A DNA stretch of 63,644 bases, the filler included, from Chiloscyllium plagiosum (Eukaryota): assembly GCF_004010195.1 (NCBI RefSeq). It is 3 parts of one record of this genome, joined end to end, with 100 filler letters (N's around TTAATTAATTAA, not from the genome) between each part and the next. Parts side by side here need not be neighbours in the genome. Positions count along the whole stretch, not along the records: positions 1 to 31,615 come from NC_057712.1; 2 more parts are not named here. The stretch is one strand, 5' to 3'. This document shows positions 12,611 to 25,899 of this stretch, piece after piece. Position 1 is the stretch's first letter, and each line of letters begins with the position of its first letter. The translations under genes and the position numbers were made by a program. Below the pieces are notes generated by a model. It had not been told where the DNA came from. It saw only the letters and a list, made by a program, of their open reading frames with translations, and made no database searches.

Positions 12611-13169
12611 ATCAGTCATGGTTCAGTCCTTGCAGAAGGGGTTTCCTTAAACTGAATTATTTGTGACTCGTGACCCACTCTTAACTACCCTTTGAAATGG
12701 CCCAGAAAAGTTCCGCTTTATCAATTGTTTTCAGTTAAATTAAAGTTTCCCACATGTATAAGGTTATGAGGAGTATGAACAGAGTGAATGGAAAACAGTT
12801 GTTTCTCTTAGTTGAAGGGTTTTACAAAGGAACATAAATATAAGGTAAAAGGTAGGCGGTTTAGCAACACATTACCTGGGAGGGTAGTTGAGGTAGGAAA
12901 TCTCTCCATCTTTATATAGTACTTGGATGTGCACTTGAAATGTCGTGATACTCAAGGCTGTGGGCTTAGTACAGGAAACTGGGACTGGTGTAGATTTAGT
13001 GTAATTTTGGTTGTACAGACTGTATGGGCCTGTTCTGTTCTGTATGATTCTATGGCTGCAATCACAACTAATAATTGCAAAGTATAGGCATTCTGGTGCA
13101 TGATGAAGAACGGGAGACCTGAGCTAACCAAAGGAAAACATTTTAGATAGAACCTTAATGTTGTGGTTA

Positions 13170-13812
13170 GAACATAGAAGAATACAGCGCAGTACAGGCC
13201 CTTCGGCCCTCGATTTTGCGCCGATCCAAGCCCACCTAACCTACACTAGCCCACTATCCTCCATATGCCTATCCAATGCCCGCTTAAATGCCCATAATGA
13301 GGGAGAGTCCACCACTGCTACTGGCAGGGCATTCCATGAACTCACGACTCGCTGAGTAAAGAATCTACCCCTAACATCTGTCTTATACCTACCCCCCCTT
13401 AATTTAAAGCTATGCCCCCTTGTAATAGCTGACTCCATACGTGGAAAAAGATTCTCATTGTCAACCCTATCTAAACCCCTAATCATCTTGTACACCTCTA
13501 TCAAGTCACCCCTAAACCTTCTTTTCTCCAATGAAAACAGCCCCAAGTGCCTCAGCCTTTCCTCATACGATCATTCTACCATACCAGGCAACATCCTGGT
13601 AAACCTCTTCTGCACCCGTTCCAGTGCCTCCACATCCTTCCTATAGTATGGCGACCAAAACTGCACACAATACTCCAGATGCGGCCGCACCAGAGTCTTA
13701 TACAACTGCAACATGACCTCAGTACTCCGGAACTCAATTCCTCTACCAATAAAAGCCAGTACGCCATATGCCTTCTTCACCGCACTATTTACCTGGGTGG
13801 CAACTTTCAAAG
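13170..13812 (-). mobile_element. Young CR1 LINE 3' portion
   Basis: LYKTLVRPHLEYCVQFWSP, RGDLIEVYK, TRGHSFKL..FFTQRVVSSWNALP; near-identical to 31165-31615 and 52089-52415. Confidence 0.92.
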
Positions 13813-14356
13813 TTCTGTTCGCCGAGCTGGAAGTTTTTGTTGTAAACGTTTCGTCCCCTGGCTAGGCGACATCATCAGTGCTTGGGAGCCTCCTGCGAAG
13901 CGCTTCTTTGATGTTTCCTCCGGTGTTTATAGTGGTCTGTCCCTGCCGCTTCTGGTTGTCAGTTTCAGCTCTCCGCTGTAGTGGTTGGTATATTGGGTCC
14001 AGGTCGATGTGTTTGTTGATGGAGTTTGTGGACACCAGAACTGCAAAAAGAAGAAGAGGAACACCTATACAAGGTATTCGCCAAAACGGATACCTGTGCA
14101 ACTTCATCAACAGATGCCTAAGAGAAAGACCACGGAACGAGGACATACCACAACCAAAAGGACTAGCCACACTACCATACATCAGGAGCATCTTGGAACT
14201 GACAGCCAGACTACTGCGACCCCTAGGACTCATAACGGCACACAAAACAACAGCCACACTCAGACAACAACTCACCAGAATGAAGGACCCGATACCCAAC
14301 ATGAGCAGAACCACAACAACGAGCACCCAAGCTACAAATCTTCGCACAAACTTTGA
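13813..14356. mobile_element. Penelope-like element (family 2) with an internal inversion and a hammerhead motif
   Basis: 13813-14030 is a minus-strand terminal segment (INKHIDLDPIYQPL; reverse complement CTGATGA-TGTC..GAC-GAAACGTT at 13843-13878). It joins a plus-strand RT-thumb segment ATLPYIRSILELTARLLRPLG. Confidence 0.8.
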
Positions 14357-14399
14357 GAACCTCAATTTTAAAGAGGAACATTGTGACAATGCCAGGACT

Positions 14400-15205
14400 G
14401 TCTACTGCAGTGTGAGGCCATGATCACTTAAAATTAAAGTGAGTTGTGGATAGGATATAGGAACATCTAAAAGAATATAGGCAGGATAAGTTAGTTGGCA
14501 AAGTGCAATGTGGGAAACTGAAATTGTTCCTTTTGTAAAACATGATGGAAACTAAAGCATCTAAACTGTAAACTGCTATGAAATGCAGAAAGTTGAATGA
14601 ATCACAGTAAGTCAGCATGATGGTATAACAAGTAATTGGGAAAGCAAATAAAATATTATGTTTTATTCTGAGAGGAATTACATGCTAAGAGGAAGGAGAT
14701 TATGCTTCAATTATGCATGGCATTTGTGAAACTGCATCTGGAGTACTATGTACAGTACTGATCACAATACCTACGGAAGCATGAATATGCACTGGAAGCA
14801 CTTCAGAGGTTTATGAGTAATTCCTGGAATAACAAGAAGCTAGACAGGCTAGACCTCTATCCTCTGGAGCTTAGAAGTGTCAGAGGTGATTTAACTGGAA
14901 CATATAAGATCCAGAGGGGACTGGACCAGGTGGATGTAGACAGAATGTTTTATTTTAGGGTACAATTTAGAAATAAAGAACCATAGTTTAAAAAGAAGGG
15001 ATCACCCATTTAAATCAGATGATAATGTTTTTCTGAGGGTTGGATCTTTGAAATTCCCTTCTTCAAAAGATAGTGGATGCAGAAACTTTGAATATTTTTA
15101 AGGCCGTGGATGAAAGATGATTAGGATATACAGGAATGTAGACTTGAGCTTAAAAATCAGATCTGCTATGACCTTATTGAATGGTAGAACAGATTCAAAG
15201 GACTG
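14400..15205 (+). mobile_element. Old, degenerate CR1 3' fragment
   Basis: Remnants of the HLEYYVQY and RGDLTGTYKI motifs. Confidence 0.6.
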
Positions 15206-15206
15206 A

Positions 15207-15420
15207 GTGAAGGTTAGAGTGGTGCTGGAAAAGCACAGCAGGTCAGGTAGCATCTGAGGAGCAGGAAAATTGACGTTTTGGGCAAAAGCTTTTCATCAGG
15301 CTTTTGCCCGAAATGTCGATTTTCCTGCTCCTCCGTTGCTGCCTGACCTGCTGTGCTTTTCCAGCGCCACTCTAATCTTGATTGTAATCTCCAGCATCTG
15401 CAGTACCCACTTTTGCCTAC
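15207..15420. mobile_element. PLE family-1 fold-back element with overlapping hammerhead remnants
   Basis: Inverted arms ttagagtggtgctggaaaagcacagcagg / cctgctgtgctttttccagcgccactctaa around gggcaaaagcttttcatcaggcttttgcccgaaatgtcg. Confidence 0.8.
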
Positions 15421-16133
15421 TGTTAGTCCATCATACGTTCATAATTCTTTGGTCACATTTTAATTTCTATGTTCTGACTCTGAACTGAAGCCCACATTTT
15501 GTTCTCCAAAAACAATTTATTTATTTATTTGTGAGATGTGGGTATAGCTGGCTGGCCAGTGTTGACTGCCCATCCCAAGTTGCCCTTGGGAAGGTGGTGG
15601 TGAGCTGCCCTTCTTGAAGCTCTGCAGTCCATGTGATATGTGTTGACGCACAATGGGGTTAGGAAGAGAATACCATGATTTTGACCTGTGAAGAAGATTG
15701 AACAAGCAACAATTATTACCAAGTTGGATGATGAGTAGCTTAGAGGAGAACTTGAAGATGGTGTGTTCCCATATATCTGCTGCCCTTGTCCTTCTGGATG
15801 GAAGTGATATTGAGTTTGGAACATGCTGTCTGAGGATCTTTGGTGAATTTCTGCATACGTCTTGTAGAGAGTACACACTACTGCTACTTAGCGGTTGTGG
15901 TGGAGGGAACGGATGCTTGTGGATGGAGTACCAAACAAATGGGTTGTTTTGACCTGGATGCTGTTAACCTTGAGTGTTGTTGGGGCACACTCATCCAGGC
16001 CTGTCGGAGTATTGCATCACATTTCTATTTTGTGCCTTGTAGATGGTAGAAATGGCTTTAGCAAATTAGGATGTGAGTTACTCACCATAGTATTCCTAGC
16101 CTCTTACCTGCTCTTGTAGCTTTTGTGTTTATA

Positions 16134-16460
16134 TGATTTGATTTGATTTGATTATGTACAGTGTGGAAACATGCCCTTCCGGCCAACCAATCCACACTGA
16201 CCCTCTTTGAAGAGTAACCCACCCAGACCCATTTCCTTCTGACTAATGCACATAACCCTATGGGCAATTTACCATGGCCAATTCACCTGACCTGCACATC
16301 TTTGAACTGTGGGAGGAAACCAGAGCACCCAGAGGAAACCCATGCAGACACTGGGAGAATGTGCAAACTCCACACAGAGTCACCCAAGGCAGAAATCTAA
16401 CCTGGGCCCCTGGTGCTGTGAAGCAGCAGTGCTAACCACTGAGCCACCGTGCCACCCCCA
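16134..16460 (-). mobile_element. HE1-type V-SINE nested in the LINE
   Basis: Head, V-domain and (AAATC)n tail. Confidence 0.88.
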
Positions 16461-18361
16461 TAAGTCCTGTTGAGTTTCTGGTCAATGATGACCATTAGGA
16501 TGTTGATAGTGGGACATTCATTGATGGTAATACAATTGAATGTCAATAGGCGGTAGTTAGAATATCTATTATTGATGATTGTCTTAGTCTGGCATTTATG
16601 TGGTGCAAAGTTTACTTGCCATTTGTTAGCCCAAGCCTGGATGTTGTTCAGATCCTGCTGTATTTGGACATGGACTGCTTCAGTGTCTGAGGAATTAAGA
16701 ATAGTGCTGAACATTGTGCAATCATCAGTGCACAAATCCCACTTCTGACCTTATGATGGAGGGCAAGTCATTGATGAAGCAGCTGAGTATGGTTGGGCCT
16801 CGGACACGACCCTGAGGATCTCCTGCACAGGTCTCTTGGAGCTGAGATGACTGACCTCCAACAACCACAACCACCTTCCACAGAGTCATATGTGTCACAT
16901 ATGACTCTAATCATTGTACAGTTCCTTAATGCCACTCTTGATCACATGCAGCCTTGGTGTTAAGAGAGTGGTGTTAAGTCACTCTCACCTTACTTCTGGA
17001 ATTTTGTCCATGTTTGAACCAAGGCTGTAATGAGGTCCGGAGCAGAGTTGTCCTGGCGGAACCCAAACTGGGCATCACTGAGCAGATTATTGCTGAGCAG
17101 ATACTGCTTAATAGTATTGTTGATGACACCTTCCATCAGTTTACTGATCATTGAGAGTAGTCTGATGGGCGGTAATTGCCTGGGTTGGATTTGTCCGGCT
17201 TTTTACATTCAGGATGCACTTGGACAATTTTCCACATTGTCGGGCAGATGCCAGTGTTGTATCTGTATGGACCAGCCTGACTAGGTGAGCACAAGTCTTT
17301 CAAATTATTGTCGGAATGTTGTCAGAGCCAGTAGCCTCTACAGTATCCAGTATCGCCAGTTGTTTCTTGATTTCACATGGAGTGAATCGAATTGGCTGAA
17401 GACTAGTATTTGTAATGCTGGGGACCACTGGAGGAGACTGAGATGGATTATCCACTCGGTACTTTTGGCTGAAGATTGCTGTGAAAGCTTCAGCCTTTTG
17501 CACTGATGTGCTAGACTTTGGCGTCATTGAGAATGGAGATATTTGTAGAGCCTCCTCTTCCTCTAGTGTGTTGTTTAATCGTCCACCTCCATTCACGACT
17601 ATATATTACATGACTGCAATGCTTAGATCTGATCTGTTGGTTGTGGATCACATAGCTCTGTTTATCAATTGCTGCTTATGCTGTTTGGCATGCAAGTAGT
17701 CCTTTTTGGTGGCTTCACCAGACTGACAACTCATCTTCAGGTATGTCTGGTGCTTCTCCTGGCATGTCCTCCTGCACTCTCCATTCAACCCTGGCTTGAT
17801 GATGATGGTTGAGTGGGGGATATGCTGGGCCATAAGGTTACAGATTGTACTGGGGTACAATTCTGCTGCTGTTGATGGCCCACAATGCCTCATTGATGCC
17901 CAGTCTTGAGTTGCTATGTCTGTTTGAAGTCTGTCCCATTTAGCAATGATGTTTCCACACGACACTATGGAGGTAATTCTCAATGTGAAGGTGGGCTCCC
18001 CAAGGACTGTACAATGGTCACTCTTACTGATACAGTCATGGACAGATGCATCTGCAGCTGGTAGATTGCTAAGGATGAAGTCAAATATATTTTTCCTTCT
18101 TGTCAATTCCCTCACCATCTGCCACTGACCCAATCTACCAGCTATGTCATTTAAGACCTGACTTGCTTGATTAGTAATATTGCTGATGATCCACTCTTGG
18201 TGGTGGACATTGAGTATATTTTATGCCCTTGCCATCCTCAGTGCTTCCTCTAAATGTTGTTGAACATAGAGGAGTACCGATTCATCAGCTGATGGAGAAC
18301 AGTCACAAAGATGTGCAGGTTAGGCGGATTGGCCGCGCTAAATTGCCCGTAGTGGTAGGTT

Positions 18362-18679
18362 TAAGATTAGATTAGATTACTTACAATGTGGAAACAGGCC
18401 CTTCGGCCCAACAAGTCCACACCGACCCGCCGAAGCGCAACCCACCCATACCCCGACATTTACCCCTTACCTAACACTACTGGCAATTTAGCATGGCCAA
18501 TTCACCTGACCTGCACATCTTTGGACTGTGGGAGGAAACCGGAGCACCCGGAGGAAACCCACGCAGATACGGGGAGAACTTGCAAACTCCACACAGTCAG
18601 TCGCCTGAGTCGGGAATTGAACCCGGATCTCTAGTGCTGTGAGGCAGCAGTGCTAACCGCTGTGCCACCATGCCGCCCA
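18362..18679 (-). mobile_element. Young HE1-type SINE inserted into an older + strand HE1 fragment (18303-18360 and 18682-18725)
   Basis: CpG-rich full copy; the two flanks are consecutive parts of an HE1 body on the opposite strand. Confidence 0.85.
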
Positions 18680-19534
18680 CACGGTGAAGGGGTAAATGTA
18701 GGGGAATGGATCTGGGTGGGTTGTAAGGTATGATTCCATGAGCATGACTATGTCAGGCTGTTACTTGACTCGTCTGTCAGACAGCTCTCCAAATTTTCGC
18801 ATTTGCCCCCAAATATTAGTAAGGAGGACTTTGCAGGGTCGATGGGCTGTTTCTATTGTCGCCTTTTCCAGTGCCGAAGGTCATCCATTTCATGTCAGTT
18901 CTTTGAGACTTTGTAGCAACTGGTATAACTTGCTAGAGGGAAATTGAGAGTCAACCACATTCTTGTAGGTGTAGTGTCACATGTCGGCCAGACCAGGTGC
19001 GAATGGCAAATTTCATTTCATTTCATTTCATTTAAGGACATTAGTGAACCAGATGGGTTTTTCCGGCAATGGACAATGGTCATCATTAGATTCTTAATTC
19101 CAGATTTTCAAAATTGATTTCAAATTCCTCTCTGCCTTGGTGGGATTTGCACCTGGGTATCCAGAGCATTACCTGGGTGTGAGGTTTAATAGTCTAGCGA
19201 TAATATCTCCAGGCCATTGCCTTCTCCTTTATTCAGATTATTTATAAAAATAAATTATATGACTGTTCAAAGTTGATTTAGCATAAAGTACAAACCATTT
19301 CTTCAAATGCTGTTTTTAACTCACTACATTTGCAATTACAGTTAATATTTGTAGTGTTCATTGGATGACAAACATACAGGCCAATGGGTTTTTCTCTGAT
19401 ATTAGCTTCTGGGTGTACAGTGTGTCCCTAGAAAAGTCCACAGAACACAGAACATTATACCATGGAACTGCTCAGGATGAACCTTGACAAAATCCATTGC
19501 ATCCCTCTCCAGATTTCTTTCTGAGGCACAATCA

Positions 19535-21070
19535 CAGAGCATGGAAACAGACTCTTTCATCCAGCCAGTCCACGCTGACATTGTTCCCAAAGCAAACTAT
19601 TCCCACTTGCCTGCTTTTGGCCCATATAGAACATTACAGCACAGTACAGGCTTTTCGTCCCTCTATGTTGCACTGACCTGTGGAACCAATCTGAAGCTCA
19701 TCTAACCTACACTATTCCATTCTCATCCACATGCCTATCCAATGATCGTTTAAATGCCCTTAAACTTGGCAAGTCTACTGCTGTTGCAGATAGTGTGTTC
19801 CATGCCCCTACTACTCTCTGAGTAAAGAAACTATCTCTGAGATCTATCCTATATCTATCACCCCTCAAATATAAAGCTATGTCGCCTCGTGCTAGCCATC
19901 ACCATCCGAGGAATAAAGCTCTCAGTCCAATCTATCTAACCCTCTGATTACCTTATGTGTCTCAATTAAGTCACCTCTCAACCTTTTTCTCTCTCTAACA
20001 AAAACAACCTCCGGTTTGTCAGCCTTTCCTCGTAAGACCTTCCCTCCATACCAGGCAACGTCCCAGTAACTCTCCTCTGAACCCTTCCCAAAGCTTCCAC
20101 AGCCTTGCTATAATGATGTGACCAGAACAGTACACAATACTCCACATGTGGCCACATCAGAATTTTGGACAGCTACAACATGATCACAAGATTTCAAAAC
20201 TTAATCCCTCTACCAATTAAAACTAACACCCTGTATGCCTTCTTAGCATCCGTATCTCCCTGGTTGGCAACTTTCAAGGATCTCTGTACCTGGAAACAGA
20301 TATCTTTCTGTTCATCGACACTACCAGGAATTTTACCATTAGCCCAGAACTCTGCATTCCTGTTACTTATGCCAAAGTGAATTGCCTCACACTTTTTTGC
20401 ATTAATCTCCATTTGCTACCTCTCAGCCCAGCTCTGCAGCTTATCTATGTCTCTTTGTAACCTACAACACCCTTCATTACTACTCACAATTCTACTGACT
20501 TTAGTGTCATCTGCAAATATACTCACCCATCCTTCTATACCCTCATCCAGATCATTTATACAAATGTCAAACAACAGTGGACCTAAAACAGATCCTTGAG
20601 GTACCCCACTAGTAACAACTTCAGGATAATTATTTCCCATCAACCACTACCTTCTGTCTTCTTTCAGCTAGCCAATTTCTGATCTAAAGCGCAAAATCAC
20701 CCTCAATCCCATGCCTCCATATTTTATCCCTCCAAACCTTTTATTCATTCAAATGTCTTTCAAATGTTCTAACTGTACCTGCAACTACCGGTTCCACTGG
20801 CAATTCATTCTACATATGAACCACCAAAATCTCACATTTATCCCAATTAAACTCCATCTGCCATTCGTCAGGCCATTGATCCAATTGAATCTGATCTGTT
20901 TGTAATCTTAGATAACTTTCTTCACTGTCCATGATACCACTAATTTACAAACCATGTCTCCTAAATTTTCATCCAAATCATTTATATAAATGTCAAAGAA
21001 AAGTGGACCCTTGTGGAACACTGCTGGTCACAGGTCTCCAGTCTAAATAACAACCATCCACTACCACCTT
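19535..21070 (-). mobile_element. Nested CR1 LINE fragments
   Basis: [22 protein letters not shown] (20416-20643), MEINAKKCEAIHFG, and two CR1 3' ends (~19535 and ~19627). Confidence 0.85.
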
Positions 21071-22129
21071 CCCACCTTTAGTGCTTAAGTTGACAGTCTG
21101 TTTATCTCTGCAGCCATTTTGAAGGGAATGGGCGGAGAGGGGTGTCTCCAGTGCTGTTGAAGAAGCTGACAGGAAGGGCTGAGCTATGTGTTGGTGATTG
21201 TTGAAAAATTCTGGCAGTGAGACATTCAGCCATTTGATTTACAGTCTATCTGTGCCAGTTTCAGATATCCTGTCAGACTGTTCCCTAAGCAAATTTGCCA
21301 ATCAGCTTAAGGGCAAATTTGGCTAGTGTATGTTTATTTCCCATTTGTCTAGAGTTTGTACATTGTTTCCCTTGGAACGTAGTTCATTTGTGATCGTCAA
21401 AGAAAGCCATAACTCAAGTTTAGGGAATGGGCCAGACCTACAAATACCTTGCATTTGATGCCCAGAGAGGCATTCCTTTATGCTTGGCTTTTGTTTCATC
21501 TTAGTGTACACTATAGTCCTTTTGAAACCACATCACAAGTACTTTTGGGTTGTCTGACTTGATAGTTAAGGGGCAAAGGATCGGTCAGCTCAGTTGGCAA
21601 AGAATATAGGCTCCCTCTCACCACAATTATGTGCACTAACAGCAATTACAAGCATAAATAGTTGTAGTGGGGGCTTGAGATCAGCGCGCAGCAAGATTAT
21701 GGTGAGCTGTTGGGAGCAAGTCTACTGGGTTTCATTGTGTATAAATCTATATGACCATTGGTATAATCATCCGTCTTTGGGATCAATAGAAATGGAGAAT
21801 TGTAGTTCGTCCTATTAGATCACAACTGGATTCTGAATCCGTTGTAGCTTCCCACCAATACAACGACAGTATTTATGGAGGATTTAATGCAGGATTTTGG
21901 GGTTTGCCTGTCACCTGGAGAGTCATAGCATGGCTCACATTGCCTCTTGCGTGAAGGCTCACTGGAATCAGGCCCTTCTCATGTGATCAGTTGAGAATCA
22001 AGGATCCCATGGTCGATGTATCTGCACACTCCCACCAAGATCAGCAACCAATCACAGCTTCATTAGAGCTTCAATCCAGTTGCGTCAAAAATGCTACTTT
22101 CTAAACATGAAACTATTTACATTCACATG

Positions 22130-23625
22130 AATGCTATGAGGATATCTTGAAACTTACAGACCGTTGTTATAACTTTGTCTGAAAGACTTTAGATGATGGT
22201 CTTTCCCCACTGCACCTTTGGTGGCAGCTGCCACAAGCTTTAGTGCATCCCTCAGTATATAGTCCCGCACCTTCGACTGTGACAATCTGCACCATTGGTC
22301 AAGGTCAGCTCTTTGCACAGAAAGACCAAGATGTTTTGCACAGACTTTCACAGAATTGATGATACTCCATGCACAGTTGATGTTTGTCTCAGTGTGCATC
22401 CTGAGGGACAGCCTGTAGAATACAGACTCATGCATCAAAAAGCCATTTAGTTTCAATTTGCATCTCTCTCCAGACCTTCTTTGCAAAGGCACATTCCAGA
22501 AGGAGATGTGGGAGTTGCTACACCACAAAAGCCACTTTGAGGGTAGCATGTGGTGGCAAAAAGAGCCTGGGCATACATGAGAGATCTGATGGGTAGTGTA
22601 CTTCTCACCACCTACCAAGGTATGCCTTGGTTGCTTGTTGGAAAGTTATGCCAAACAACTTTCATAGTCTACTCAGGGAACCATTGACAGGATCAACTCT
22701 CTCCTTTTCCTGCATAGTCTTGAAGATGTTATGTGTTGACCACTGCCTGATGAAATTGTGGTCAAAGGTGTTTTCTTTTCTAAATTGTTTCACAAGGAAT
22801 AGATGATAACTGGAGCATTATGTTTCTTGGCCAGCCCATCCTCCACAACACCAAGGTAGTCATAATATGGAACTGCCGGTGTTGGACTGGAATGGACAAA
22901 GTCAGAAGGATTATTTGAAATCACAAGCTTTCGGAGTGCTGCTCCTTTGTTAAGTGAAGCCTCACACATGCATAGATCTTTGTATGGGGTGACCCTGTGG
23001 ACACAGTCCATCTTTGACCTCCAGACAAAGTGGAAGATGGCTTGAATGACTCCTGTAGTGCCGTGTACTGCAACACAGAGACTGCCTCACACTTGATCAC
23101 CAGGATTTTAACTTCCAATAAAGAGGAGTGCTCCCATATGCCTAGTTTCTGTCTTACCCTGGTGATATGCTCTTTCCAAGTTTTGGCACACACTGTCTCC
23201 TCCGAACCGTATTCCCAACACCCTCTGGTAATCTGGACTGGCCGTGAAGGAGATCGGTCATCCCAGTTCCTTGTTCTTCCCTCAATTTAACTTGACTCAC
23301 AAAGCCAGATTGAACTGGTTACAGGTGCTCATGACAATGCATCAGAGTTCAAAATGGCAGTGTCCTTCATGTGCAGAGAGGCTTGGATGCGCAGGTCCCC
23401 TCTGCCTGGGATAGTCATCCTTCTCTGGCTGGTATCCTTCCAGATGATGGACTCATCAAAAGGTTCTGCACAAATTACAAACAAGGCTGGAGAGAGGGTG
23501 TAGCCCTACTTGACTCCAGATCTGATTAGGAGACCTTCTCCTTCCACCCATTGATTGAGACTCACCTGCTGATGTTTGTGTACAGATGTCTGGTCCACTT
23601 GCATGTTCTCTCCCCAAAGCCCAGC
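22130..23625 (-). mobile_element. Tx1/L1-clade LINE 3' half, decayed
   Basis: Minus-strand CPLSPALFVICAEPF-like RT motif (~23460-23510), CAKTWKEHITRVRQKLGIW, HLLLECAFAKKVWREMQ-like cysteine domain (~22460-22510), and terminal YILRDALKL. Confidence 0.75.
22876..22960 (-). mobile_element. Short insertion with a degenerate hammerhead motif (AGCT-stem family, probably PLE-derived)
   Basis: Reverse complement ..AAGGAGCAGCACTCCGAAAGCTTGTG; same family as 45250-45335. Confidence 0.55.
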
Positions 23626-23627
23626 AA

Positions 23628-24220
23628 GATGACTCAGTGGTTAGCACTGCTGCCTCACAGCACCAGGGACCCAGGTTCAATTCCAGCCTTGGGCGACTTT
23701 CTGTATGGAGTTTGCACATTCTCCCCATATCTGTGCAGGTTTACTCCCGTTTCCTCCCACAATCCAAAGAAGTGCAGGTTAGGTGAGTAGGGTAGGCCCC
23801 AACAAGTCCATACTGACCCTCCAAAGGGTGACCCATTCCTCTACCCTGTTATTCTCCATTTACCCCTGACTAATGCACCTCACTTCACATCCCTGAAAAC
23901 TGCAGGCAATTTAGCATAGCAAATTCACCCAACCTGCACATCTTTTCACTATAGGAGGAAACCGGGGCACCCAGAGGAAACCCACACAGACACAGGGAGA
24001 ATGTTCAAACTCCATACAGACAGCCACCAGAGACTGGAATCGAACCTGTGTCCCTGGTACTATGAGGCAGCAGTGATAACCACTATGCCGCCCAAACGGG
24101 GTGAAATCAGGGACAGTTATAGGAGAGTGGGTCTGGGTGGGTTACTTTTCAGAGGGTCAGTGTGGACTCGTTGGGATGAAAGGCCTGTTTCCACACTCTA
24201 GAGATTCTATTCTATAATTC
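23628..24220. mobile_element. HE1-type SINE (+) split by a second HE1 (-, ~23791-24093)
   Basis: Plus-strand head and V-domain at 23628-23790 and plus-strand tail at 24095-24220 flank a minus-strand copy. Confidence 0.82.
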
Positions 24221-24244
24221 TTTCCATTTTGAGAATGCACCCCA

Positions 24245-24520
24245 CAGAGGCCCAGGTTAATACTCTGGCGACATGGGTTTGAATCTCACCATGGCAGTTG
24301 GTCGAATTTAAATTCAGTTCAAGAATCTGAAATTGAATGTTCGTCTCACTGACGGTGACCATGAAATTATAAAAGCATATCTGGTTCTCTGAAGTCCTTC
24401 ACAAATAGAAATCTATTGTCCTTACCTGGTCGAGCCTACATATGACTACAGACAGACGACACTTAAATTGCCTAGCGGCTATTGCAGGGGGCAGTTGGGA
24501 AGGACAATAAATGTTGGTCT
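24245..24520 (+). mobile_element. tRNA-headed short element (head plus LINE tail)
   Basis: gggtttgaatctcaccatggcagttggtcgaatttaaattc body followed by gggaaggacaataaatgttgg, which resembles the 3' tail of the tRNA-headed LINE. Confidence 0.65.
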
Positions 24521-24760
24521 TTACTTCCATGGCTTTGTGGGAATTATTGGTTTTGCTTCAAAAAATTGAATTGATTGATATTTTAATATTAACTTGATTT
24601 ACCATAGTTTCTCACATTGGCATTATTATCAAAGGCACCCACATCACTAGTGTGTTTTGCTTGTTATTGACTTTATTTCGCCTTTTACAATCCCAACTTT
24701 ACTATAAAAGCGAACACTTGGTGAAAAATAATGACACATTGTTAATGGTTTTCTTCACAG

Positions 24761-25602
24761 GAAGAAGAGTTCATTAGTTTCAGAACAGAATGGAAAAGGA
24801 CTCAAGGGTGAACGGAAGCACGGACCAAAGCCATCCTCTCAGCAAGGTGACAGGCCAGCTGATGAACGAGAGCATCCTAGGGAGCAGCAAGAAAGTCGGC
24901 GCTTAGAGAAAGGTCGTTCGCAAGACTATCAGGACATGGATGTGAAAATAGAGGGGGAAACAATAGCAGATGAGGTAAAACAAAAGATTGAGGAGGAGTA
25001 TCAGAATCAATATAAGAGTGACCCTAACCTGGCAAGATGTCCTGTTAAACCTCAATTGGAGGAACAACAAATGCGTATGCATGCTAAGGTTTCAAGAGCA
25101 CGGCATGAAAGAAGGCACAGCGATGTATCTGTACTTCAAACTGATGCAGAGGAAGGTCAGGGAGTAGAGGACCTCTTGCCAAGAAGGACTCAACTGGGGA
25201 CTCAAGAACAGAAACACCCTATTGAGAAGACTGCAGATGTACAAACAACGGTTTCAAGACAGCTACATTTGTGCAGTCAGAGCCCCCCAATATCGAAGAG
25301 GAGCTCAGTTCCTGCAGAACACTTGGAGGTGAAGGATTACGATGCCCACAAGCACCTGGATCCCAGCTCTGCTGTGGTTCGGACAAAGCGAGAGAGGAAT
25401 GAAACCATGCTGAGGAATGATTCACTCAGTTCAGACCAGTCAGAATCCATTCGACCACCTCCACCAAAACCACATCGAATGAAAAAGGTTGGAAAAAAAA
25501 GACAAATGTCAGTCAGTAGCTCTGAGGAAGAAGGAGCATCTACCCCAGAATACACTAGCTGTGAAGATGTGGAAATTGAAAGTGAAAGCGTTAGTGAGAA
25601 AG
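24761..25602 (+). CDS. RIMS1: Internal coding exon of RIMS1 (regulating synaptic membrane exocytosis 1), encoding the linker between the zinc finger and PDZ domains
   Basis: Acceptor ttttcttcacag at 24749-24760 and donor G|gtaagg at 25602/25603. Open frame (R)KKSSLVSEQNGKGLKGERK...RRLEKGRSQDY...YKSDPNLARCPVKP...EEQQMRMHAKVSRARHERRHSDV...MLRNDSLSSDQSESIRPPPPKPHR...KKRQMSVSSSEEEGASTPEYTSCEDVEIESESVSEKG matches my recollection of the vertebrate RIM1 linker. SEQNGKG and RRLEKGRSQDY favour RIMS1 over RIMS2. Confidence 0.93.
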
Positions 25603-25899
25603 GTAAGGGTTGACACTTTCAATCAGCTTTAATATTGCCTCTGTGAATATATATGTAGTCATGAAATCAAACCTGGATGCCAGGAAAAATCTCATTCCAT
25701 CAATGGTAGCAAATATACTGCGACAAACACTGAGGTTGATAAATCAGGATAAACATTTGGAGTTAAACAGTTGGATAACTAAACTAGGTGAGATGAAGCC
25801 AAGGTAAAAACTGGGACAGATAAATGGGAATCAACACAGACACAAACTGGGATGAACAGTGACATAAATAAACCAACATAATAATTGCAATGGCATAAT

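Larger units (their letters stand above)
15517..19225 (-). mobile_element. Near full-length CR1/L2-group LINE with a tRNA-like 5' head, carrying nested SINEs
   Basis: Minus strand, in order: tRNA-like head (~19225-19130), AP-endonuclease start QPDIVMLMESYL (~18730-18790), TRRKNIFDFILSN, RT remnant DDCTMFS, FAPHKCQ, and a 3' tail ending in (AATA)n at ~15517. Confidence 0.8.

Noticed and set aside
13862..14423. Overlapping 175/181-aa ORFs with a hydrophobic N-terminus
   Set aside because: Chimeric frames across the PLE inversion junction.
23456..23728. ORF ending VCNLCR, resembling the RIM zinc-finger exon
   Set aside because: Wrong strand, lies within a Tx1/L1 RT motif read out of frame, and has no flanking RIM similarity.
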